Shown: positions 37,523 through 46,601 of the stretch, in pieces
How the letters are laid out: every line of letters starts with the position of its first letter
Position numbering within the stretch: position 1 is the first letter of the stretch
From: Silicimonas sp.
GTDB lineage: Bacteria > Pseudomonadota > Alphaproteobacteria > Rhodobacterales > Rhodobacteraceae
Length of the DNA stretch: 46,601 bases
NCBI GenBank assembly: GCA_050290245.1
Contig: JBNKHH010000029.1
Location: forward strand, 1-46,601
Direction of reading: 5' to 3'
Notes under the pieces: model-generated
The model's input: only the letters and a program-made list of their open reading frames with translations
Told to the model about the DNA's origin: nothing
Databases searched by the model: none
Made by a program: the position numbers and the translations under genes

Positions 37523-38651
37523 TCACGATCACCTGGTTGTTCTGGATTTGCGCGACAGCAAGGCCGCGCTCGTTCGTGCCGTTGCGAAGGAAACGGAAGG
37601 GTCCATTAACACCTCTGAAACCCGCGCCCTGAGTCAGAGATTGTGCCGTCAGAGCGTCACTGTCACCTTGGGCAACCAGTGCTCCGATGGCAGCAATGCC
37701 GTCATAGGCCAGTCCGGCCACAGGATTGGGCTGTGCGCCATAGGCCGCGGCGTAGCGATTGTTGAATTGCTGAACAAGACCGGGCGAGGGCGTGGCGAAC
37801 CATGCGCCCTGCAGACCTTTCAGAGACAGGGCAGAAGACGGCACATCCAGCCGCTGAAGCCCGATGACCTGGGCAGTTTCGGCATCGATGCCGTTTTCCG
37901 GTAAAAGCTCCGACACGAAGGGAAGCGCGCCCGAGTTGCCAGAGGTCAGAAACACCGAAGTTGCGCCGGACTCGCGGTAGTTGCGCGCGATGTCGGGGAT
38001 GGCGTCGATAACGCCCTGCTGCGATAGGGGGAAAGACGACACGCCAGCGATGCGACCGCCGTTGGCCAGAACGGCGCGCTGGATCGAATCCGCACCGAGT
38101 TGCTCTGCCGGATCCTGGGCGTGAACGATATAGATGTCGCCTTTGCCCTGCAGTGCCGCATAACGTACCAAACGGTCGGCCGTGTTCTGGAAGGTATTGC
38201 CCAGGATAAAGACATTGCCGCCAGCGATGGTTGGATTGTTCGAGAAGCTGAGCACATTCACGCCGCGGCTGGCCGCCAACTGGCCTGCCACGTTGGCGGA
38301 TTCGGCGAACAACGGGCCGACAAAGATTTTGGCACCATCAGCCAATGCGGCCCGTGCGGCCACCTCGGCGCCCTGGGGAGTGCCGCCGGTATCATAGACC
38401 TTCAGCTCGATATCGACCGTATCGCCCAGATCCTGCACCGCCAACCAGGCAGCATTTTCAAGGGATTGGGCAAGTTCCGCGCCGTTCGGCGAGGATTTCG
38501 GGACCAGAAGGGCGACCGGTACAGCGCGTGTATTGTTCAGGATGGGGCCGCCGCCCGGCAACGACATGTCACAGGCGCTGAGGCCGACAAAAGCCAGGGC
38601 GGCAAAGAGCGAAGTCAGCGCCTTGCGGCGGAGCGATAAAAGGGCGACCAT
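37482..38651 (-). CDS. LpoA-like penicillin-binding-protein activator lipoprotein (periplasmic-binding-protein fold)
   Basis: Signal peptide with lipobox LSAC, then a type-I PBP fold. Sits divergent from rsmI-yraN, mirroring the E. coli lpoA/rsmI arrangement. ATG at 38651 has GAGGAG upstream; the track ORF starts at a TTG at 38675. The 3' end overlaps the annotated glnD start by 41 nt. Confidence 0.7.
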   Translation of the reverse strand: MVALLSLRRKALTSLFAALAFVGLSACDMSLPGGGPILNNTRAVPVALLVPKSSPNGAELAQSLENAAWLAVQDLGDTVDIELKVYDTGGTPQGAEVAARAALADGAKIFVGPLFAESANVAGQLAASRGVNVLSFSNNPTIAGGNVFILGNTFQNTADRLVRYAALQGKGDIYIVHAQDPAEQLGADSIQRAVLANGGRIAGVSSFPLSQQGVIDAIPDIARNYRESGATSVFLTSGNSGALPFVSELLPENGIDAETAQVIGLQRLDVPSSALSLKGLQGAWFATPSPGLVQQFNNRYAAAYGAQPNPVAGLAYDGIAAIGALVAQGDSDALTAQSLTQGAGFRGVNGPFRFLRNGTNERGLAVAQIQNNQVIVIDPAPRSFGGAGF

Positions 38652-38727
38652 CGGTGTCTCTCCTCGGGCGGACAAGGTGGCGCGACACTATGCAGAAACC
38701 ACAGTCAAGTAAATCGCGGGTCGTGGA

Positions 38728-39585
38728 ATGAGCGGCGGTGCGTTGCAAACGACTCTGGAAGCGGGTTTGTACTTCGTCGCGACCCCGCTCGGCAATGCCC
38801 GGGATATAACATTGAGGGCCCTGGATATCCTCGGCTCGGCCGATGTTCTGGCTGCCGAGGATACCCGCACGCTGAAGCGCCTGATGGAGATCCACGGCGT
38901 GCGGCTCGCCGGGCGGCGAATCATTGCGTACCATGATCACAACGGTGCCGAGGCCCGCCCGCGGCTGATCCGGGCACTGAAAGAGGGAAAGTCGGTCGCC
39001 TATGCCTCGGAAGCCGGATCGCCCCTGGTGGCCGATCCCGGATTTGTTCTGGGCCGGGAGGCGATCGCCGAAGGCCTGGCGGTGTTTTCCGCTCCCGGAC
39101 CCGCCGCCGTGATCGCGGCACTGACCGTCTCGGGTCTGCCATCGGACCGGTTTACCTTTGCGGGCTTCCCACCTTCGGCCGGGGGCGCGCGGAAACGCTT
39201 CCTCGCGGACCTTGCCGACTGTCAGGGGACCCTGATCCTCTACGAAAGCCCGAAACGCATCGCCGCCACGCTTGAAGCGGCCCGCGACGTGTTGGGAGCC
39301 GATCGTCCGGCCGCGTTGTGCCGCGAGTTGACCAAGAAATTCGAAGAGGTGCGCAGGGGTACTTTGTCCGAACTGGCCAAAAGCGTCATCGAAACCCCTC
39401 CACGGGGCGAAATCGTTCTGTGCATTGGCCAAGGCGACACGACACCGGATGCGGAACAGGTCGAAGCCGCGTTGCGCGAGGCGATGAAAACTCAACGGCT
39501 GAAGGACGCGGCCCGCGACGTCGCCGATCGGTTCGATGTGTCCCGTCGCGAGCTGTACCAGCTTGGCCTTACGCTGGAGGATTGA
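38728..39585 (+). CDS. rsmI: 16S rRNA (cytidine1402-2'-O)-methyltransferase RsmI
   Basis: 285 aa tetrapyrrole-methylase-fold protein (…LYFVATPLGNARDITLRALDIL…). Confidence 0.88.
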   Translation: MSGGALQTTLEAGLYFVATPLGNARDITLRALDILGSADVLAAEDTRTLKRLMEIHGVRLAGRRIIAYHDHNGAEARPRLIRALKEGKSVAYASEAGSPLVADPGFVLGREAIAEGLAVFSAPGPAAVIAALTVSGLPSDRFTFAGFPPSAGGARKRFLADLADCQGTLILYESPKRIAATLEAARDVLGADRPAALCRELTKKFEEVRRGTLSELAKSVIETPPRGEIVLCIGQGDTTPDAEQVEAALREAMKTQRLKDAARDVADRFDVSRRELYQLGLTLED

Positions 39586-39621
39586 GGAAAACTTAGGTTT
39601 TGTCGGGCAACATGCCGAACG

Positions 39622-40008
39622 ATGCCTTTAGATTATGCTCCTGATTCCCGGCAATGTACCGGATTGGCCAACTATCACGACGGTCTCGCCGCCGAAGACG
39701 GCGTCGCGTCACGATACGAACAACGCGGGTGTTCCGTCCTCGCGCGGCGCTGGCGCGGAAAGTCGGGGGAAATTGACCTGGTATTTCGCGAAGGTGCCGC
39801 GTTCGTCTTTGTCGAGGTTAAGAAAAGCCAAACGCATGGCGAGGCAGCCGCGCATCTGTCGCACCGCCAGCTGTTGCGGATCTGCCGCGCGGCGGAAGAG
39901 TATCTTGGTGCAATGGGGCATGGGCTGTCTTGTGATGTGCGGATTGACCTAGCGACGGTCGACAGGTCCGGCGAAATAGACGTTCTGGAAAATATCTCGC
40001 TTTTTTGA
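39622..40008 (+). CDS. yraN: YraN family protein (UPF0102, predicted endonuclease fold)
   Basis: 128 aa with core [19 protein letters not shown]. Confidence 0.8.
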   Translation: MPLDYAPDSRQCTGLANYHDGLAAEDGVASRYEQRGCSVLARRWRGKSGEIDLVFREGAAFVFVEVKKSQTHGEAAAHLSHRQLLRICRAAEEYLGAMGHGLSCDVRIDLATVDRSGEIDVLENISLF

Positions 40009-40088
40009 GAGGGCGCACCCTCGTAATCACACATTGCAGTAGCAGCCGCCATGGGTCAGAACCTGTAGCGTGTGCCAGGGAGACGCCC

Positions 40089-41027
40089 ATGAAAATTGCC
40101 ATCCAGATGGACCCCATTGTTTCGATCGATATCAACGCGGATTCGACATTTCGTATTGCCGAAGAGGCGCAAGCGCGGGGAAATGACCTGTTTTACTATC
40201 ACCCCGATGGCTTGGCCTGGGATGAAGGCAGGGTGACGGCACGCGGCTGGCCATTGAAAGTGCGGCGCCAAGTGGGCAACCATTTCACGCTCGGAGAAGA
40301 GCAGGTGGTCGACCTGGCCGGGTTCGATGTGGTCTGGCTGCGCCAGGATCCACCCTTCGACATGGGCTATATCACCACGACTCATCTTTTGGAGCAGATC
40401 GGCGGCAAGACCCTGGTCGTGAACGATCCGTTCTGGGTGCGGAACTATCCCGAAAAGCTCTTGGTTCTGGAGTTCCCTGAGCTGACGCCCCCGACCATGA
40501 TTGCGCGCAACCTGAATGCCATTCGTGATTTTCGCGCGCGCCACGGCGACATTATCCTCAAGCCGCTTTATGGCAATGGCGGCGCGGGCGTGTTTCGCAT
40601 GACGCCAGGCGACCGCAACCTTGTTTCGTTGCATGAGCTTTTCACCGGCATGTCGCCCGAACCCCTGATCGCCCAGAAATTCATTCCCGATGTCTCGAAC
40701 GGCGACAAACGGATTATCCTGGTCGACGGTGAGCCGGTCGGGGCCATAAACCGGGTGCCGCCCGAAGGCGAGACGCGTTCGAACCTGCATATTGGCGGGA
40801 CGGCAGAAAAGATTGGCCTGACTGCCCGCGACCGTGAAATCTGTGACGCAATCGGTCCCTTGTTGCGCGAAAAGGGGCAGGTGTTCGTCGGCATCGACGT
40901 GATCGGAGATTATCTGACCGAGATCAACGTCACGTCACCGACCGGTATCCAGGAACTTGAGCGCTTTGACGGCATCAATGTTGCGGGCGCGATCTGGGAC
41001 GCCATCGACGCGCGGCTGGCGGGGTGA
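40089..41027 (+). CDS. gshB: Glutathione synthetase
   Basis: About 312 aa from ATG at 40089 ([21 protein letters not shown]…). ATP-grasp C-terminal region present. Confidence 0.9.
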   Translation: MKIAIQMDPIVSIDINADSTFRIAEEAQARGNDLFYYHPDGLAWDEGRVTARGWPLKVRRQVGNHFTLGEEQVVDLAGFDVVWLRQDPPFDMGYITTTHLLEQIGGKTLVVNDPFWVRNYPEKLLVLEFPELTPPTMIARNLNAIRDFRARHGDIILKPLYGNGGAGVFRMTPGDRNLVSLHELFTGMSPEPLIAQKFIPDVSNGDKRIILVDGEPVGAINRVPPEGETRSNLHIGGTAEKIGLTARDREICDAIGPLLREKGQVFVGIDVIGDYLTEINVTSPTGIQELERFDGINVAGAIWDAIDARLAG

Positions 41028-41932
41028 GCCTCAGGCTCAAACTATTCAACGGGCTTTGCCGGTCGGTGATGCGGCCAATTCTGCGCCGAACGAAAGAACC
41101 CTCCGCCGCCCGGCGAGACCTGGAAATGTCGTGCCGGTTCTTTCTGCGCAGCGCTCCCCACCAGATGCGCGAAGTTACCTTGGGCGGTGCCCAGGCCTTG
41201 GAGCTGACGCCGCCTGGCCAAACGTCTGAGGGCACGATCTTCTATTTGCACGGCGGCGGTTACGTGGCCGGAAGCATGCGGACACATCGCCCCATGATGG
41301 CGCGTTTCGCGGCGCTTGTGCGGCGCAAGGTCTATCTGCCCGACTATCGGCTTGCCCCGGAATACCCGGCCCCCGCGGCTTTCGACGATGCGCTTGCGGC
41401 CTGGAGGGCCATTCCGGGTGACGGGCCGGTCATTCTTGGTGGAGACAGCGCCGGCGGCGGCCTTGCCCTGGCCGTTCTGGCGCGGCTGTTGGCCGATAAG
41501 GACCCGCGTATCGCTGGTACTTTCGTCTTTTCACCCTGGACAGATCTTGCGCTGACCGGACCGTCGCTGGACCAGAACGCAGGCAGTGATGTCCTCTTGC
41601 CGGTTGAACGTATTCGCGAGCTGGTCGGGATGGTCCTGGGAGAAACCGACCCGCGCGATCCCCGGATATCACCGCTTTACGCCGAGTTCAGCGGCGCCCC
41701 GCCGGTATATATCCAGGCCAGCGAGACCGAGATCCTGCGCGATGACGCGCGCCGGATGGTGCGGCTGTTGCAGGCGCAGGGCGTTGAGAGCCGCATCGAC
41801 ACCTGGCCCGACGCGCCCCACGTCTGGCAAATGCTGGACGGATGGTTGCCCGAGGCGCGCGTTGCCATGGAAAAGGTCGCCGATTTTGTCGAGGACTGTC
41901 TCAGCCGGCCGCGCCCGGAATCCGAAAACTGA
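41024..41932 (+). CDS. Alpha/beta hydrolase (fold-3 esterase/lipase family)
   Basis: 302 aa with HGGGY oxyanion motif and nucleophile elbow GDSAGG. GTG start overlaps the gshB stop (GTGA). Confidence 0.8.
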   Translation: MSLRLKLFNGLCRSVMRPILRRTKEPSAARRDLEMSCRFFLRSAPHQMREVTLGGAQALELTPPGQTSEGTIFYLHGGGYVAGSMRTHRPMMARFAALVRRKVYLPDYRLAPEYPAPAAFDDALAAWRAIPGDGPVILGGDSAGGGLALAVLARLLADKDPRIAGTFVFSPWTDLALTGPSLDQNAGSDVLLPVERIRELVGMVLGETDPRDPRISPLYAEFSGAPPVYIQASETEILRDDARRMVRLLQAQGVESRIDTWPDAPHVWQMLDGWLPEARVAMEKVADFVEDCLSRPRPESEN

Positions 41933-43412
41933 TCGCTTCGGCGATATGGGGCGCGCGGACGGTGTCGTTGCCTTCCAGGTCCGCGATGGTCCGGGCGACC
42001 CGCAACACACGGTGATAGCCGCGTGCCGATAGCCCCACGCGTTCGGCGGCTTTTATCAGCATGTCACGGCCCTGTGCGTCCGGTGCAGCGATCTCGTCCA
42101 AAAGCGCGCCGCTGGCGTCGGCGTTGACCGTCACGCCGTCGACGGACTGATACCGGTGGCGCTGGACCTCGCGGGCATGGGCCACGCGCGTCGCGACTGT
42201 GCCCGATGGTTCGCCGTCGGCGGGCAGTTCCAGGTCCTGAAAGGAAACCGGCGGCACCTCAACGCGCAGGTCGAACCTGTCCATCAGAGGGCCGGAGATC
42301 CGGCCGAGGTAGTCCTCGCCACAGCCCGGAACCCGGGCGCAGGACCGTTCGGGGTCCGAAAGATAGCCGCATTTGCAAGGGTTGGCGGCCGCGATCAGCA
42401 GGAACCGGCAAGGGTAGCGCACATGGGCATTGGCGCGGGCAATGGTCACATCTCCGGTTTCGATCGGCTGGCGCAGGGTTTCCAGAACCGTTCGCGCGTA
42501 TTCGGGAAACTCGTCCATGAACAAGACACCGTTGTGGGCCAGGCTGATTTCCCCCGGTTTCGCGCCTTTGCCGCCGCCGACGATGGCCGCCATCGAGGCG
42601 GTATGATGTGGGGCCCGGAAAGGGCGGCGGCGCGAAATGCCGCCATCTTCGATCAGCCCGGCCAGCGAATGCACCATTGACGTTTGAAGCGCCTCTTCGG
42701 GACCGAGATCCGGCAGAATGCCAGGCAGGCGGGCCGCAAGCATGGATTTCCCCGACCCCGGCGGACCGGTCATCAGCATGTGGTGGCGCCCGGCGGCGGC
42801 AATCTCCAAGGCGCGTTTGGCCCGTTCCTGTCCCTTGACCTCGGCCAGATCCGCGCATGTGACATCTCCCGAAACCTCGCCCGGTTGACTGACGTCCAAT
42901 ACACGTGCGCCAGTCAGGTGCTGGATTGTTTCGCCTAGCGAGGCCGGAGCAATCACTTGCGTGGCACCGACCCAGGCGGCTTCCGGTCCCGATGCTTTGG
43001 GGCAGATCAAGGTGCGGCCGGCCTCGGCCGCAGCCAAGGCAGAGGGAAGGGCGCCCACGACTGCAACAAGAGCACCGTCAAGGGAGAGTTCGCCCAGGGA
43101 AACGAGGTTTTCCACCCCATCTTTTGGCAGGATGCCAATGGCCGCCAACAGCGCCAGCGCTATCGGAAGGTCAAAGTGCGAGCCCTCCTTGGGTAGATCG
43201 GCAGGTGAAAGGTTGATCGTGATACGCCGCGACGGCAGGGCGATGGACAGGGCGTCCAACGCCGCCCTGACGCGCTCTTTTGCCTCGCTGACTGCCTTGT
43301 CCGGCAGACCGACCAGAGAAAAATGCGGCACTCCTGGCGAAATGGCGCATTGTACTTGCACAAGCCGGGCTTCGACCCCCTCAAAGGCAACGGTGTAGGT
43401 GCGCGCGACCAT
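41901..43412 (-). CDS. comM: YifB/ComM family Mg-chelatase-like AAA+ ATPase
   Basis: About 504 aa from the internal ATG (MVARTYTVAFEGVEARLVQVQ…), which is the canonical family N-terminus. Walker A GPPGSGKS. Confidence 0.88.
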   Translation of the reverse strand: MVARTYTVAFEGVEARLVQVQCAISPGVPHFSLVGLPDKAVSEAKERVRAALDALSIALPSRRITINLSPADLPKEGSHFDLPIALALLAAIGILPKDGVENLVSLGELSLDGALVAVVGALPSALAAAEAGRTLICPKASGPEAAWVGATQVIAPASLGETIQHLTGARVLDVSQPGEVSGDVTCADLAEVKGQERAKRALEIAAAGRHHMLMTGPPGSGKSMLAARLPGILPDLGPEEALQTSMVHSLAGLIEDGGISRRRPFRAPHHTASMAAIVGGGKGAKPGEISLAHNGVLFMDEFPEYARTVLETLRQPIETGDVTIARANAHVRYPCRFLLIAAANPCKCGYLSDPERSCARVPGCGEDYLGRISGPLMDRFDLRVEVPPVSFQDLELPADGEPSGTVATRVAHAREVQRHRYQSVDGVTVNADASGALLDEIAAPDAQGRDMLIKAAERVGLSARGYHRVLRVARTIADLEGNDTVRAPHIAEAISFRIPGAAG

Positions 43413-43582
43413 GATCTCACTGATGTTTTTCTCCTTTTGAACGTAGGCTGTTAAGACGCGGTTAACGACGATTTGCTGCCATGATGGGGGGGTGCTCGCG
43501 CAACTGTCATTTCGTGACCGAGCGATATCGAGGCTAAAATAGATCAAGATCGTCGGCGCGAAGTGATCCAAAACCTTTCTGC

Positions 43583-44497
43583 GTGCGTATCACGCGAAGA
43601 GAACACAGGGAGACTGCGACCTTGTCGGAAGGGAACTTCGAAAAATCTTTGCCCCGCGCCGCTATGGCGGCAGAACTTCTCGATGCTGAAACAGAGTGGG
43701 CGCTGGCTGTTGCCTGGCGTGACCACCGTGACGAGCGTGCGCTCCACCGTCTTATCACTGCCTACATGCGGCTGGCGATTTCGATGGCCTCCAAATTTCG
43801 CCGGTATGGCGCACCGATGAACGACCTCATCCAGGAGGCCTCGGTCGGGCTGATGAAAGCCGCTGAAAAGTTCGACCCGGACAGGGGTGTGCGGTTCTCG
43901 ACCTATGCGGTTTGGTGGATCAAGGCATCGATCCAGGACTACGTTATGCGGAATTGGTCGATGGTGCGCACCGGCTCAACTTCAAGTCAGAAGTCTTTGT
44001 TTTTTAACATGCGCCGGGTCCGAGCCCAGATCGAGCGCGACACATTTGGTCGTGGAGAAGAACTGGACAGCCATCAGTTGCGGGTCCAGATCGCCCGCGA
44101 GGTCGGCGTGCCTTTGCATGACGTCGAGATGATGGAAGGGCGACTGGCGGGGTCGGATTTCTCGCTGAACGCGACCCAGTCCAGCGACGACGAGGGCAGG
44201 GAGTGGATCGAAACCCTGGCCGATGATGCGCCGCAGTCTTCGGAAATCGTTGACCAGAGTCGCGACCTGGATAAGTTGCGCAACTGGCTGGCAGAGGCAT
44301 TGGCCTCGCTGAATGCGCGTGAGCAGTTGATCGTGCGCGAACGCAAGCTGATCGACCAGCCCAGGACGCTCGAGTCCCTGGGCGAGGAGCTCAGCCTTTC
44401 GAAAGAGCGTGTCCGCCAGATCGAGGCGGCCGCGTTCAAAAAGATGCGGCAGCAACTTGAACACCATTCCGAGGACGTTCTCGCGATTTTGGAGTGA
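43583..44497 (+). CDS. rpoH: RNA polymerase sigma-32 factor RpoH
   Basis: RpoH box QRKLFFNLR-like (QKSLFFNMRRVRAQ), plus sigma-70 region 2 (DLIQEASVGLMKAAEKFDP) and region 4. Start uncertain: GTG at 43583 or ATG at 43664. Confidence 0.85.
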   Translation: MRITRREHRETATLSEGNFEKSLPRAAMAAELLDAETEWALAVAWRDHRDERALHRLITAYMRLAISMASKFRRYGAPMNDLIQEASVGLMKAAEKFDPDRGVRFSTYAVWWIKASIQDYVMRNWSMVRTGSTSSQKSLFFNMRRVRAQIERDTFGRGEELDSHQLRVQIAREVGVPLHDVEMMEGRLAGSDFSLNATQSSDDEGREWIETLADDAPQSSEIVDQSRDLDKLRNWLAEALASLNAREQLIVRERKLIDQPRTLESLGEELSLSKERVRQIEAAAFKKMRQQLEHHSEDVLAILE

Positions 44498-44611
44498 ACG
44501 GATGGGCGCAAAGCGTTAGCCGGCGACATGGCCGCGAACGGCGTTGATGGCGACCTGATAGCGGATCGTTTCGTTCTCGGTCCCGGTCAGTGTCTCGCGC
44601 GAGTCTTCCTT

Positions 44612-45291
44612 TCACCGCGCCTTTTCTGTCTGGCCTAAATTACGGACGGCATTCGAGACCAAGTCCGCGATGCCCGTGTTCGCCGACCAGAAGTCATCGA
44701 AATCGGGAAAGACGAGGTCGAATGCGATCGTTGTCGCCGCGATATCCTCCAGTCCCAGTTTGCGCCATAGCCTTTCCATGTATTCGAGGCGCGCCTTTTC
44801 GGGCCCAGTCACCGGGGCGTCTATGTCCAGGGTGCGCAAGGCGGATCGAATGGGCTCCATCGTAAAGCCGCCGCCTTCGATATCCCAGATATAGCTGCCG
44901 ATGGTGCCGCCGGGACGGGTCACCCGCGCCATCTCGCGAACCGCGCGCTCGGGGTCGGGCAGAAAGTTGATGACCAGTGCCATGGCTGCGGACTCGAACG
45001 CGTTGTCCGCAAAGGGCAGGTCCTGAGCATCCCCCTGCAGAAACTCCGCCTCTTGCGTGGACAGGCGCTTGCGCGCCGTTGCAAGCAGGCCCTCGGATGG
45101 GTCGATGCTGGTGACCTTGCGCGCATGGGTCTGGTCGAACAAGAGCTGCGAGAAAGCCCCATTGCCGCAGCCGACATCCAGCCAGTGCTGATTTGGGACC
45201 GGATCAACGTCCCAGAAGCGCTAGGTACGTGGACCAACGCGTCTCGAACGCTTGCCCCCGCGGGCCTGCCCCCGTAACACTTGGGCGCACA
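44612..45291 (-). pseudogene. Class I SAM-dependent methyltransferase disrupted by a frameshift near 45215-45225
   Basis: Track ORF 44612..45142 begins at a TTG only 2 codons after SAM motif I. Read directly, the same frame upstream gives TAG-RFWDVDPVPNQHWLDVGCGNGAFSQL-LFDQ…, so motif I is 14 codons after a stop. A typical MT N-terminus (…GQAFETRWSTYLALLGR*) sits in the -1 frame upstream. No in-frame start can give an intact protein. Confidence 0.5.
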
Positions 45292-45316
45292 GAGTGGCGA
45301 CAAGGGCGGGGCATAG

Positions 45317-46516
45317 ATGCTTCACGGAAAACGCATTCTTTTGATCGTGGGCGGCGGGATCGCGGCCTTCAAGTCGCTTGAGCTGATCCGGTTGATCCGC
45401 AAGACAGGCGGTTCGGTTACGCCGGTCCTGACGCGCGCTGCGCAGGAATTCGTAACGCCACTTTCGGCATCGGCACTGGCGGCCGAAAAGGTCTATACCG
45501 ACCTTTTCGACCTGACCGACGAGGCCGAGATGGGGCATATCGAGTTGTCGCGGTCGGCCGACCTGGTCGTGGTTGCCCCTGCTACGGCCGACCTTATGGC
45601 CAAGATGGCGGGCGGCCATGCTGACGATCTGGCCTCGACGATCCTGATGGCCACGGACACACCGGTCCTGATCGCGCCCGCGATGAACGTGCGCATGTGG
45701 CTGCACCCGGCCAACCAGCGCAACGTCGTGACCCTGGAAGGTGATGGCGTCGCGCGCACCGGACCGGACGAGGGCGATATGGCCTGCGGCGAATTCGGCC
45801 CTGGCCGTATGTCGGAGCCACAGGCCATTCTCGATGCCATTGTGGCCAGGCTGACGGACGGGCCATTGGCGGGCAAGCGGATCATTGTTACCTCTGGGCC
45901 AACTCATGAACCGATCGACCCGGTGAGGTACATCGCGAACCGCTCGTCGGGCGCGCAGGGCACGGCCATCGCCCAGGCCCTCGCGGCACTGGGCGCCGAG
46001 GTGACCTTTGTCACCGGTCCGGCCAGCGTGCCGCCGCCCGCCGGTGTCGAGGTGGTCAAGGTCGAGACCGCACGTCAGATGTTGGCGGCGGTTCAATCGG
46101 CGCTGCCCGCCGATGCCGCGGTCTTTGCTGCCGCCGTTGCGGATTGGCACGTGGTCTCGGCCACAGGCAAGAAGATCAAAAAGGATGGGTCGGGCAAGCC
46201 GCCTTCATTCGATATGGAAGAAAACCCGGACATCCTGGCGACCGTGTCGCAGATGGACGATGGTCGCCCCGGCCTCGTCGTGGGATTTGCCGCCGAAACC
46301 GACGATGTGATCGCCAATGCGACGGCCAAGCGTGCCCGCAAGGGGTGCGACTGGATCGTGGCAAATGACGTCAGCCCCTCGACCGGAATCATGGGCGGGA
46401 CAGAAAACTCGGTTTCCATCGTCACCGCGGAGGGTATCGAAACCTGGCCGCGCATGAGCAAGGACGACGTAGCCGGAAAACTCGCGGCGCGCATAGCCGA
46501 GGCCCTTGAAAAATGA
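45317..46516 (+). CDS. coaBC: Bifunctional phosphopantothenoylcysteine decarboxylase / phosphopantothenate--cysteine ligase
   Basis: 399 aa with an N-terminal flavoprotein domain (ILLIVGGGIAAFKSLELIR) and a C-terminal CoaB domain. Confidence 0.9.
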   Translation: MLHGKRILLIVGGGIAAFKSLELIRLIRKTGGSVTPVLTRAAQEFVTPLSASALAAEKVYTDLFDLTDEAEMGHIELSRSADLVVVAPATADLMAKMAGGHADDLASTILMATDTPVLIAPAMNVRMWLHPANQRNVVTLEGDGVARTGPDEGDMACGEFGPGRMSEPQAILDAIVARLTDGPLAGKRIIVTSGPTHEPIDPVRYIANRSSGAQGTAIAQALAALGAEVTFVTGPASVPPPAGVEVVKVETARQMLAAVQSALPADAAVFAAAVADWHVVSATGKKIKKDGSGKPPSFDMEENPDILATVSQMDDGRPGLVVGFAAETDDVIANATAKRARKGCDWIVANDVSPSTGIMGGTENSVSIVTAEGIETWPRMSKDDVAGKLAARIAEALEK

Positions 46517-46601
46517 CCCATCCCGTCATCCGCATCCGACGCCTGCCCGGGCACGACACCGAAATCGCATTGCCCTCCTACGAAACCGATGGCGCAGCCG
46601 G
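46513..46601 (+). CDS. dut: dUTP diphosphatase, 5' partial (continues beyond window)
   Basis: ATG overlaps the coaBC stop (ATGA). It reads MTHPVIRIRRLPGHDTEIALPSYETDGAAG, a typical dUTPase N-terminus (…LPSYxTxGAAG…). Confidence 0.75.
   Translation, partial: MTHPVIRIRRLPGHDTEIALPSYETDGAA

Noticed and set aside
1-46601. CRISPR arrays, insertion sequences, integrons
   Set aside because: No regularly spaced direct repeats, no terminal inverted repeats flanking a transposase-like ORF, and no attC-like sites were seen on inspection.

Overview
This window reads as a high-GC (roughly 60-65%) alphaproteobacterial chromosome segment. Gene content and synteny look Rhodobacteraceae/Roseobacter-like (coxB-ctaB-ctaG-coxC-surf1-thrC; trpS-murJ-glnD; lpoA-like divergent from rsmI-yraN); that taxonomic placement is inference. 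I can support about 50 protein genes, almost all core housekeeping: the aa3-type cytochrome c oxidase subunit/assembly cluster, tldD, thrC, an M16 peptidase, a GNAT, a YafY(WYL)-VOC pair, a four-gene MoxR-DUF58-DUF4159-membrane module, a TetR-controlled SDR/DUF1772 pair, cfa, rpiB, hss, argC, trpB, trpS, murJ, glnD, rsmI, yraN, gshB, comM/yifB, rpoH, coaBC and the start of dut. Two tightly packed minus-strand tRNA genes (Lys-CTT and an Ile-GAT-like gene with acceptor-stem irregularities) are followed by a 43-nt tRNA 3'-half remnant. About 450 nt of structured non-coding DNA then leads into an SPFH(band-7)/P-loop kinase/Dabb three-gene operon, which is the most unusual block in the window. A class I SAM methyltransferase next to coaBC appears frameshifted. 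I see no integrase, transposase, CRISPR array or prophage genes. Many long ORFs in the six-frame track are GC-rich antisense shadow frames, and I reject them. The track prints alternative start codons (GTG/TTG) as M, and several real starts here are GTG/TTG overlapping the upstream stop codon (GTGA/TTGA/ATGA coupling). Coordinates of RNA and small features are good to about +/-2 nt.
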